DNA from: Octopus bimaculoides
Taxonomy: Eukaryota
Assembly (NCBI RefSeq): GCF_001194135.2
Contig: NC_068981.1
Span: 172,719,058-172,783,057, forward strand
Direction of reading: 5' to 3'
Length of the DNA: 64,000 nt
Shown: positions 14,289-25,409 of the stretch, in pieces
Layout: each line of letters begins with the position of its first letter
Numbering within the stretch: position 1 is the stretch's first letter
Made by a program: the position numbers and the translations under genes
Notes under the pieces: generated by a model
What the model saw: only the letters and a program-made list of their open reading frames with translations
Databases searched by the model: none
What the model was told of the DNA's origin: nothing

Positions 14289-14457
14289 GGAACTGAAGCG
14301 GTCATCAGCCCCTGCTGAAGTTAGTGAACAGACGAAAAAAAATGATAAATCCGTATCTCCAAAATCGGAAATCCTTAAAGATGCTGACTCAGACTTTATA
14401 GAATTGAAACCATTAGATGATGTGGATGTTTCTGATCAATTGATCAGAAAAAGACCA
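14289..14457 (+). CDS. RAPGEF1: C3G exon: ELKRSSAPAEV...ELKPLDDVDVSDQLIRKRP (pre-REM)
   Basis: Acceptor tcttatag|G (alternative in-frame acceptor at 14270/14271), donor CCA|GTAAGT; phase 2 to 0. Confidence 0.88.
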
Positions 14458-15163
14458 GTAAGTATTGCATTCTCTATTTCTACACTAGAATAAGAACTTG
14501 ATACACTCATCACCCTTCTTCTCCAATTTAGATATCTATAACCTATATAGACACAGATATTTAAATTGTATTGGATGATAAACGGAAAAAAAATAATGTG
14601 AATTCATAAGTTTCTTGCTCTTATTTCTCTGATCCATCAGATGAAAAATAGAGCATTGGAAAACTGAGAAAATTGTGGGATGTTAAAAGCATCAGTCAGT
14701 GTTCATGTCTGGGACACATACATTGAAATTTACATATGCAACTAAATGGTAAGTGTTGTGTAAACAGTACAATGTGTCTGTGAGAGGAAATAGTATGCTC
14801 ACAAACAAAATTATACTGGATTAAAATGAGATTTGTAGAGACTCGCTATGTTACAAATAGTCCAACTTTAACACTGGAAATTATAATGCTCTTTATTTGT
14901 GTTAATAATAGCAACTGTGCCTCAGTTGCATTCAAATCATACACACATTAGATATCTAGTATCCTTCCTTTCTTTTGTATCTACACAGATACTCAGAGAG
15001 AAAATGTCAAATTCAAAATGTTTCTCCATTCCTATATAGATTGACACTAATTAATAGTTAGGTATTTAACTCTTATTTATTACTTGATTTCAGGCGTTCT
15101 TATATTTCTCAATAACTACTGACTCATCTAATTTTCCATATTTGTCATGTTTCTATTTTTTAG

Positions 15164-15239
15164 ACAGAAGTGGGACCAGAAATAAGAGGTGGATCAGTCG
15201 ATGCTCTTCTTGTGCATGCTACAGTTGCAAGCAAAAGTG
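15164..15239 (+). CDS. RAPGEF1: C3G REM domain exon 1: TEVGPEIRGGSVDALLVHATVASKS
   Basis: Acceptor ttttttag|ACA, donor G|GTAAGT; phase 0 to 1. Resembles the C3G REM start GPDVRGGSGDILLVHAT. Confidence 0.95.
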
Positions 15240-16009
15240 GTAAGTCACTTTAAACTTTTTTCTTCCTAATTTCATCTATTATGAATTTACACATTCAAAA
15301 ATATTAGTCATATTACTTGAGTCACAGATTATTTTTCTCTGTTCTTCATTCCAATAAACCTACCATCTACCTTTGGTTAAATTTATACTCTTTAAGATTA
15401 TTTTATTATTGTTTTATATTTTACTTAATTATAGCCATTTTTACTTTTCATAGAAAATTTATTCAGTGATGAAATATTTTGGTTTCATGGATTTCAATTG
15501 CTCTATATATTACCAAGGCAGTTTCAATTATGTTTTTGTAATTAATTTCATTTCTGTTTAACCATTATATCATTTATTATCATTACTGTGGGCACTCTGA
15601 GAATTGCATCCTGTTAAAATAGATTTTCTTGGCCATTCTGCAAAATGTTGAAAATTTACCTATATATGTGTGTAGAAAGGTGGATGCATGGCTAGAAAGA
15701 AGGAAATGAAATAGCCTAGTTCTATTACTTCTAAGTGAAATTTTTTAAATACTTAAAGAATAGCTTCTCTTTTCCACAAACTCAACTTATTTTGTAGAGT
15801 AAAATTTCTGAACATTTTATTTAGTTTATCAAAATTCTATAATAACTTGCTTACATGTGACAGTAATTTATTTCAGATGATAAAAGAACAAATTTTCTCT
15901 ATCCAGCTTTCTTATTATGAAATATATAAACAAAATTTAATATGCTTGTTTCTTTAGTTATTGTTTGACAAAAAGTCCATTTAGTGGATATAGTTTTACC
16001 ACCATTTTC

Positions 16010-16869
16010 NNNNNNNNNNNNNNNNNNNNNNNNNNNNNNNNNNNNNNNNNNNNNNNNNNNNNNNNNNNNNNNNNNNNNNNNNNNNNNNNNNNNNNNNNNN
16101 NNNNNNNNNNNNNNNNNNNNNNNNNNNNNNNNNNNNNNNNNNNNNNNNNNNNNNNNNNNNNNNNNNNNNNNNNNNNNNNNNNNNNNNNNNNNNNNNNNNN
16201 NNNNNNNNNNNNNNNNNNNNNNNNNNNNNNNNNNNNNNNNNNNNNNNNNNNNNNNNNNNNNNNNNNNNNNNNNNNNNNNNNNNNNNNNNNNNNNNNNNNN
16301 NNNNNNNNNNNNNNNNNNNNNNNNNNNNNNNNNNNNNNNNNNNNNNNNNNNNNNNNNNNNNNNNNNNNNNNNNNNNNNNNNNNNNNNNNNNNNNNNNNNN
16401 NNNNNNNNNNNNNNNNNNNNNNNNNNNNNNNNNNNNNNNNNNNNNNNNNNNNNNNNNNNNNNNNNNNNNNNNNNNNNNNNNNNNNNNNNNNNNNNNNNNN
16501 NNNNNNNNNNNNNNNNNNNNNNNNNNNNNNNNNNNNNNNNNNNNNNNNNNNNNNNNNNNNNNNNNNNNNNNNNNNNNNNNNNNNNNNNNNNNNNNNNNNN
16601 NNNNNNNNNNNNNNNNNNNNNNNNNNNNNNNNNNNNNNNNNNNNNNNNNNNNNNNNNNNNNNNNNNNNNNNNNNNNNNNNNNNNNNNNNNNNNNNNNNNN
16701 NNNNNNNNNNNNNNNNNNNNNNNNNNNNNNNNNNNNNNNNNNNNNNNNNNNNNNNNNNNNNNNNNNNNNNNNNNNNNNNNNNNNNNNNNNNNNNNNNNNN
16801 NNNNNNNNNNNNNNNNNNNNNNNNNNNNNNNNNNNNNNNNNNNNNNNNNNNNNNNNNNNNNNNNNNNNA
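16010..16869. other. Assembly gap (N run) inside the REM-splitting intron
   Basis: Run of N; could hide further exons. Confidence 0.99.
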
Positions 16870-17207
16870 TATATATATATATATATAGTTCAAAAACACA
16901 ATAACAAAAAAACAAAAACACAACAAAGTGAGGACGTGATATGGATAGTATTATTGGACGCTCAGGAAAGGAAAGAGAGAGTGTATATATATATATATGG
17001 ACAAGTATAATTGTGTGGTAAAGAAGTTTGCTTTCCATGATTTGAGTTCTGACCCAATGTGTAGCATGTATATTCTAATATAGTACAGGCCAACCAAAGC
17101 TCTCAAGGCCTTGATCACTGGAAACTAGAAGATCCCTATTATGTGTGTGTTTGTATGTATACTGTTCTTTCTGAGTTAGCCTAGTCTTGAGAAAGAAATC
17201 AGCCACA

Positions 17208-17560
17208 GGCATGACAGTGTGGTAAGAAGTTTGTTGCCCAACCACATGGTTTCAGATTCAGTCATACTGCATGCACCTTGGGCAACTGTCTTCTAATATA
17301 GCTTCAGGCTGACCAAAGCCTTGTGAGTGGATTTGGTAGATGGAAACTGAAAGAAGCCTATTGGTTGTGTATCTCACTACCACTTGACAACTAGTGTTGG
17401 TTTCTTTATGCCCTTGTAACTTAACAGTTCATCAAAAAGAAGCTGATAGAATAAGTACGAGGCTTGAAAATAAATACTGGGGTTGATTTGTTTGACTAAA
17501 ACCCTTCAAAGTCATGCCTCAGCATGTCAATAGTCTAATGACTGAAACAAGTAAGATAAA
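17208..17560 (+). mobile_element. tRNA-derived SINE family A (long form)
   Basis: Same head and core as 10784; the extended 3' part matches the minus copy at 4575..4760. Confidence 0.75.
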
Positions 17561-17852
17561 ATAACTCTTAGATATATTTATTCAAGTTAACTGTTGTTGT
17601 TTCACTCCAAATTAGCCTTGCTTGAATATTTGTATGGCATATACAACTAGATGTGATCTTCATATCTATTGCTCCAGATAAGCCATGCCTAGGAGACCAT
17701 GCAGTGATATACTTTATGATTTGAAGCAACATAGATGTCAGTAAACTTATTTAATGTGCTCGATGACATACTGAGATGTATTTCTATATATCTACATTGA
17801 CATGTAGGGACATTAATTCAGAAATACTTTAATCTGATTCATACATAGCCAA

Positions 17853-18198
17853 GGTGCATGGCTCAGGGGTTAGAGTGTAGGCTCACAATCATGAGGTTAT
17901 GAGTTTGATTCCTGAACCGAGCTGTGTGTTGTGTTCTTGAGCAAGACACTTTATTTCACATTGCTCCTGTTCACTCATCTGTAGACATGAGTTGGAACAT
18001 CATTGGTACTAAGCTGTATCGACCTTTGCCTTTCCCTTGGATAACGTCAGTTTTGTGGAGTAGGGTGGCTGGTATGCATGGGTGACTACTGATCTTCCAT
18101 AAACAACCTTGCCTGGGCTTGTGCTTCGGAGGGGAACTTCCTATGTCCAATCCCATGATTATTCAAAACCAAAAGGGGTCTTACTCTTTACCCTTACT
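17853..18198 (+). mobile_element. tRNA-derived SINE family B
   Basis: tRNA-like head (tggctcaggggttagag...gagtttgattcc) followed by ttgagcaagacactt SINE-core-like sequence. Confidence 0.6.
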
Positions 18199-19207
18199 TA
18201 GCCAAATGCAATCAATAATAATTAATTGATTCAGTTAGGATCTTTTTATGATTATTTTGATTGAATTCCTCAATTTTCTTGTCTTTAAAAAAAACGAAAA
18301 CAAATTGGTAAATTCCATGTTTTCAGCACATTCTCATTTCATATCATTTTCAAAATAATATCTGATGTCTTTATGTTATTTTAGAAGTTGTATTTTAATA
18401 ATATTTCCCTCCCAACCATTACTAATGATATGTCTATGCATGAAGCAATATCAGGTAATATTATTATTTCATGCTTGCATTATTTACAAGTGTTTTTCCT
18501 TGTCTTGATTTTTTTTTTTTTTAATTGTGAAAATTAACTTGCTGAAAGAGGTGCATACCACTACTGTTTACATTTTATACTCATTACATATAATTGAATA
18601 ATTCATTTTACAAAATTGCATGGTAATTTAATAGTACCAGCTACACTATTCATGCACTCATGTTATTGTATGTACATATTCAATGGAATTACGTAGTATA
18701 TATTCATTTTGGATTGGACTGGAACTTGGAGGGTCTAATCCATAGTGAGTATTTCAAATTTATTTGATGCGGATGTACTCACTTTAATGAGAACAATTAC
18801 TAGGTTTTAATTTCAGTTTTGACTGTTTAGTAAATGTAGATATTGTTACAAAAAATCTACTTATATTAGTAAAATGTAGAATAATTAATGAATTTTAATA
18901 ACCTGCTACTGGTTACAAGTAACTAACAAACTCAATAAAGTTAATGTAACTAAATACTTGTTATACATAATCCAAAACAAGCTTCTTCTGATCCAGTTCT
19001 ATATTTAAGAGATGAGGAATTCTGTACATCATTTACATTATTTACATTCAGCGGATATTTGTCCTCATCTTGTTTGTTGTTAACACAATGTTTCGGCTGA
19101 TATACCCTCTAGCCTTCTTCAGGTGTCTTGAGGAAATTTCGAACCTGAGTTCTCATTCCTAAGGTATTTTTCAATAAGAGCGCTTAACCACTACACCATA
19201 TGCCCAT

Positions 19208-19454
19208 GGGCATATGGCGTAGTGGTTAAGAGCGTGAGCTACTAACCCCAAGATTCCGAGTTTGATTCCAAGCAGTGATCTGAACAATAACAATAATAAT
19301 AATAATAACATCGAAAAATACCTTAGGAATGAGAACCCAGGTTCGAAATTTCCCCAAGACACCTGAAGAAGGCTGGAGGGTATATCAGCCGAAACGTTGT
19401 GTTAACAACAAACAAGATGAGGACAAATATCAGTCGAATGTAAATAATGTAAAT
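19208..19454 (+). mobile_element. tRNA-headed short element with Penelope-type hammerhead tail
   Basis: A box TGGCGTAGTGG at 19215-19225, B box-like GAGTTTGATTCC at 19258-19269, (AAT)n spacer, then a 145-bp tail containing CTGAAGA..GAAA. An inverted, internally deleted copy lies at 19031..19205. Confidence 0.7.
19358..19403 (+). ncRNA. Minimal type I hammerhead ribozyme motif (PLE type)
   Basis: gacac CTGAAGA a GGCTG-gagggtatat-CAGCC GAAA C GTT|gtgtt. Core boxes, 5-bp stem II, stem I (gacac/gtgtt) and palindromic AACGTT in place of stem III. Confidence 0.7.
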
Positions 19455-19916
19455 AAAGCTTCTTCTGAGTTCTCTTGTTAAAACTCTATTCATGTTAACT
19501 AAATAGTCTCTAATCATACCTGCAATTCAGGCTCTATTTGTAAGATGTACACCACTGATTTTTCAGCTGTAAAATCAGTTTCAAAGACAAAAATGCTTTG
19601 TAGCTTCAAAAAAATTTGAAGCAGTTTATAAGCAGAAAACATTTTTCTAATTTTTTTTTTCTATTTTAAGGAAGATAAATATTATATACCAATAAGGAAC
19701 CACAAGAAAGGATTTTTTTTTCTTTAATAAAACAAAAGTTGAAGTGTGCATGAAATTAGCAAACCTTTTTTTAATATATAAGAATCAATGTTCTGGATTA
19801 AATTCAAAACTTATTTCCAACTGTTTATTTCATTTTAAATTACTATTTTGAACCATTTCATTCTATGCTTTAAAAAAATTAAGTTAAAGCTCCATCATCA
19901 TTTCTTCATACTTAAG

Positions 19917-19946
19917 GCTCACAAGAAGACTTGGTTAATGAAGAAG
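19917..19946 (+). CDS. RAPGEF1: Candidate 30-nt cassette microexon (GSQEDLVNEE) in the REM domain
   Basis: tttcttcatacttaag|GCTCACAAGAAGACTTGGTTAATGAAGAAG|gtaagg; length 3n, phase 1-1, no stop, purine-rich. Prediction only. Confidence 0.55.
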
Positions 19947-20063
19947 GTAAGGTTTTGCCTACTCTATCAATATATGACTACAGACTAACCCTAGCCCTAG
20001 TCAACAAAATAAGAGAAGCCTTCATCTGCATTTTTATCATTGTTTGCAATATAGGTGTGTGTA

Positions 20064-20132
<69 letters not shown>

Positions 20133-21050
20133 CAACACATGCATAACTAACTCTTTTTACTGTTTCTCACTCTCATCATTTATTTTGTTCTTTTTTATTT
20201 AACTAATAAGTTACATGTTATTGCCTTCCTGCTTATAACCATATCTTTATAATACTAATGCTTGTTTATTTAACTTTTTATTTTAACCCTGCTAAATTTC
20301 ACTTTGCTTCTAATCCAATTTTTATTATTGCAAGTGTTTAATGATTCCAAATAATGCTTTTAGTAATCACATGGCCGATTTGTATTTTATAATTGTCTCT
20401 AAAATCAGATTTATTAGGAACTAAAAAGCATCTTGGAAGAATTTACATACTATATCTTATAAAACCATAGTAGTATCTAAAAGTACTTTGTGATTACCAC
20501 ATTTAGTAATATTATAGATTAGTTAAATGGTGTAGCATGTAAAAGAATGAAATAGGTAAAAGGACTAAGCAGTTTTGAATGTAAAGTTCAGAGTTCTCCT
20601 TTTATTAAACTCTGAAGGAAAAAATTTTCTTAGCTTTTATAAATTAAAACCTATTAATTTAGTGCATTATCTAAAATTCTGGCTTCAGTAATATCTATTA
20701 AAGCCAACCAGTGTTGTTGAAACAATATTCCTTTTCCCTCTAGCGGTAGGTAAATTAGGATTGAATAGTAAATATCTATGCATTAACACTTTCCATATCT
20801 ACAGACAAACACTTTCTTTGGAAAAATGTAGACACATATAATTAATACCATTTTCATTCTTATATAATAATGAAATGACTGGACAATTAGTGAACTTCTT
20901 TCCTTTATAATGTTTTATTGAACTTCAATGATTTCCATGAAATAGTCATAATTTTAGATGTTTAGGTTTTTGTAATAAAATCATTTACTCTGTTTCGTAT
21001 TGCATTCAAAGAGCAACAATCTTGTCCTGTACATCACTGCTAATACATTA

Positions 21051-21269
21051 TTAACCCATTTTGTTAACATATCTCTGTTTAAATACACTACCATTGTTTA
21101 ATCTAATTTTGAAGTAATACAGAATTTATTAAAATAACTTTGTCTTTATTAAACCGGTGTTTGGAATATAAATTAACATGAAATTTTGATGGAAGGTTTG
21201 AATTTAGACCACTTTTAAAACAGAATTTGTATCATAGAAACAAGGGTGGATTAGTATCAACAGGGTGAA
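21051..21269. mobile_element. piggyBac-type MITE, decayed
   Basis: Termini ttaacccattttgtta... and ...gtatcaacagggtgaa resemble TTAA-CCC/GGG-TTAA inverted ends. Confidence 0.45.
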
Positions 21270-22596
21270 GGAGAGAACCCAATAACTTTCTTAACAATAA
21301 ATATTCATTCACCTGGTTTGACACCACTACCTAGCCTGTCTTTGCATATCTTTAGCAGAAGCTACTCTGTCGTAAGTATTCAAACTAAGTCTCTAGTTTG
21401 AAGATTAACCAATATCTTGATGTGTTGCTTACTGTTGCTGCAACTCATGAGTTGTGGTTTCTTCCACACCAGTCATAGAGGCTCTAAAATTTAATTAAGG
21501 AACCTAAAAGTTGAAAAATATTTTTTGAACTTTTATAAAATCAATCTTATTTAGTTAGACTTTAAATTTACTTTGTGTTAAATTAGCTATTTCATTAAAT
21601 GTAATAGGTAAAATTTCATCATATAACTTTTTCTGTTTATTATTATTATTATTTTCTTTCTCTTGATCCTTATTTTCAGCAAGTTGTAAATTTAAAGAGC
21701 TTTGAGTCAATTATTTAAAACTATATTAGTAAAGTTGCCTCCCCTAAATAAATGAGCGACAAATCTGAAGTTGTACTACTTAACATATTGACACTCACTC
21801 ACAAGCAAGCCATTTAGAGATAGCTACAAATATATGCTCTATGTTATGACAAAATAGTATTTGATTTATATTCATGAGTCTTCATTCGATTTCAGTTGCT
21901 CTGAATATCGTCTTTGCTTTCTCCAAAATTAAAAACAGAATGTTATTCTTAAGTGAATTCTGAAACCGAAACTTATTCTTTACAATTGGCTAAAATGTTA
22001 TTTTGAAAGTTGGTAGTGTTACAAACTATATATATAAGGTACTTATTGTTTTTCCCATGTTAGTTTCATTTCTAGATTACAAAGTTTTTTCTAATGTAAA
22101 ATAACTCCAGCACATAAGCTTTGTATAGTCCATATGGAATTCAGCTCTTTTTAAATAGGTTGCTAGATGCATGAATATAAAATTAGTTTTTTTTTTTATT
22201 TTTTGTTTTCTAATTTATTCTTTATCCATTTTATTTTTAATTTTACTACTAACTTAATGTTCTTGAGCACTTTTGTTAAATGTTATTTCCCATCCACCCT
22301 TATTTCTGCTTTTATCAGTGTATCAATTTAACATGCCTTAATACACTTAACACATCAGTGAATGCTTCTCTTCGTTTTGTTTGAATAACTTTTTTTTTTA
22401 AACCATAAAGGTATTTGCTTGTAATGAAATCACCTTCATCCATTTGTATTTGTTGTGTTAAGCATGTTTGACCGTGTTTTGTCTCACTTCACCCTTCATT
22501 ATTTGGCACTGTAGCAGTAACTTGAATGTTTGCTAATTCACTCGTAGATTTCATAAAAATGAACACATTTCATTTTATAGAAATTTATTGCCAATG

Positions 22597-22662
<66 letters not shown>

Positions 22663-23197
22663 NNNNNNNNNNNNNNNNNNNNNNNNNNNNNNNNNNNNNN
22701 NNNNNNNNNNNNNNNNNNNNNNNNNNNNNNNNNNNNNNNNNNNNNNNNNNNNNNNNNNNNNNNNNNNNNNNNNNNNNNNNNNNNNNNNNNNNNNNNNNNN
22801 NNNNNNNNNNNNNNNNNNNNNNNNNNNNNNNNNNNNNNNNNNNNNNNNNNNNNNNNNNNNNNNNNNNNNNNNNNNNNNNNNNNNNNNNNNNNNNNNNNNN
22901 NNNNNNNNNNNNNNNNNNNNNNNNNNNNNNNNNNNNNNNNNNNNNNNNNNNNNNNNNNNNNNNNNNNNNNNNNNNNNNNNNNNNNNNNNNNNNNNNNNNN
23001 NNNNNNNNNNNNNNNNNNNNNNNNNNNNNNNNNNNNNNNNNNNNNNNNNNNNNNNNNNNNNNNNNNNNNNNNNNNNNNNNNNNNNNNNNNNNNNNNNNNN
23101 NNNNNNNNNNNNNNNNNNNNNNNNNNNNNNNNNNNNNNNNNNNNNNNNNNNNNNNNNNNNNNNNNNNNNNNNNNNNNNNNNNNNNNNNNNNNNNNNN
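22663..23197. other. Assembly gap (N run) flanked by (TA)n
   Basis: Run of N inside the same intron. Confidence 0.99.
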
Positions 23198-23239
<42 letters not shown>

Positions 23240-23285
23240 TTATTTGGCTTATTTGGCAATATCTCTTAGTGGTTTATAACCCTAG

Positions 23286-23306
23286 GCCACAGTGGTCATG
23301 GCCTTG
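23286..23306 (+). CDS. RAPGEF1: Candidate 21-nt cassette microexon (GHSGHGL)
   Basis: ttataaccctag|GCCACAGTGGTCATGGCCTTG|gtaata; length 3n, phase 1-1, GC-rich against the AT background. Prediction only. Confidence 0.4.
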
Positions 23307-25278
23307 GTAATAGCTTCTTCACTGCTTAGTTCAAGAGCTTTTTTTTAGATTTATTTTTTATTTTAAAGCTAAAAATCACTTGTGATGATAAGAAGTCTCT
23401 TATTCACTCCTTTTAGCTTTTGAAATTTAATATAAACAGAATAATGTTGACAATGGTTATTTTTGACAAATTAACATCCTAAAAATATTGATTCTTACCT
23501 CAAATAAAATTTATCTAATCTGTTTCTTAAACAATTTGTAGAACTAGCCTTGGTATACTGTTGTATTCAGTGTCCAACTAGGAACTTAATAAATCTAAAT
23601 TTCAAACAGCAGAACCATTAGATTGTTATTAACTATCTTATAAAATACATCACCAACCATACTTTTTAATTTCTCTTCAAAAAAATCACTTCAGAGTGCT
23701 ACCTTTTAATGTATACAACTCATTATTCTAATTGCATTCTAAATTGCCAAATAATAAGAGCTGAAATCATCTACTTACAAAATAACACTCACTATTGGGG
23801 GCCTATTTATTTGTGGCTTTCATTTGTTACTGCCCACTCTATTTCTCTCTCTCTTTTTTTTTTACACTAGAAAGGTTTTTTTTTTTCTTCATCTAATCAT
23901 TGTCTTGTTTCATTTAATCATTGTAAATTATTCTAAATTAATATTTTTCTCTTCAATGGTGGTGCCTTTGCTTTCCTGTCTATATATTGTGTTACTCTTC
24001 CTGGAGACTGCTGGTATTTAGCCAAATGGTTGTAGTATTAAATTTACTTTCTTGTGTGTTTTATATGTATATAAAAAGTTCTTCAATTATTATCTATTTA
24101 TTGACTAAGGTTGGTGTCATTTAAAAATAATTCTGTTGACATTGCAGCTTAGAAAGTTTATCTTCACTTTTTTTCTCCTTTTTTGTGTTGTTTGTTTTGG
24201 TGTTGGTGTATTTTTACTTTTTTATTTTTAATTGTTTTTATTTTGCTTTTGTAAACTCGAATGCAAATGTTTCAGAAAATTAAAATAAATATTAATCTAA
24301 ATGTAAAGTATTTTGAATCTCAACTTGATGTTAACTAAATTGCAAAATGATATAATCTCAGAACAAAGTGAATATTCATGTAAGCTTACAGTAGTGTGAG
24401 AAAAAGAAATTATGAATTAAGGTAATATAACATAAGAACTTATTTTCTTAATTGAGATTTATATAAAGAAAAAAAACCTTCAAAAATTTGAATGAAAACT
24501 TTACTGTAGTTATATCATCAGTTTAAAGTATTGAGACCCAACGTTGTAATCAATATGCTTGTTACTACATTATTGGAGATCTGAATAATAATCACAGGTA
24601 TCTTACTTTTCCCCCTACTGTAATTTATATTCCTCACTTGACATTATAACTCTCTCTTCTTTTATATAATTAATTCACTTATTCAAACACTCAATGTTCC
24701 AGTTTCTGTCTTTGCAGCATTCAAAATATGACTCTGTTCATCTGAATCAGCTTGCAAAGTATTTATCTTACATACATCAATAAATCAGGAATAAACTTAT
24801 GAATTTACACTTACTAATGAATTCAAATTTAAACAGAACATTTAAACCGTAAATTTGTAAAAACCATTTGTGTATGAAAATTAGAACTACATACTGTTTG
24901 CATTATTCATGGCTGTGTGAAAAATATGTGTAGAAAGAGTAATTGAATAGGTTAACAGATATATTAGAGCAGTCTATAAAAGTTGAAAAATATATATTCT
25001 GACATGTTTTTAATAGATATAAATATATCCATAAGATCTACATTAGTAAACTGAATAAGGATTTAAATATTTTTTTCTATGTACTATTGTTTTTATGTCT
25101 CTATATGTATGTACATATGTTAATGTGCATGTACATTTTAAGAAAACTTGATTTTTATCTTCAGGATACTTATTCTACAACCATTAAACGTAATATTTTG
25201 TTGTTTTTCTCTGACCAAGCCAAAACTTTGAACTCACTGTCAACCTTTCCCTTGTAAAAGTTTAATAAGCATATGTAT

Positions 25279-25409
<131 letters not shown>

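Noticed and set aside
15877-15920. Possible alternative terminal exon DDKRTNFLYPAFLL* after REM exon 1
   Set aside because: Good acceptor and correct phase, but no donor, no clear poly(A) signal before the gap, and no other support.
15899-17038. Long ORFs of 300-380 aa in the ORF track
   Set aside because: Artefacts of the N gap; the same applies to 22585..23310.
19208-19280. Functional tRNA gene
   Set aside because: Only A/B-box-like remnants with no acceptor-stem pairing; it is a SINE-type head. The same applies to the heads at 10784, 17853 and 28452.
21680-21685. 6-nt unit ttttCAG|CAAGTT|GTAAAT
   Set aside because: Strong acceptor but weak donor context; indistinguishable from chance without reads.
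24718-24758. 41-nt exon-like unit HSKYDSVHLNQLAK
   Set aside because: Open only in phase 0; stops in phases 1 and 2, and no consistent partner found.
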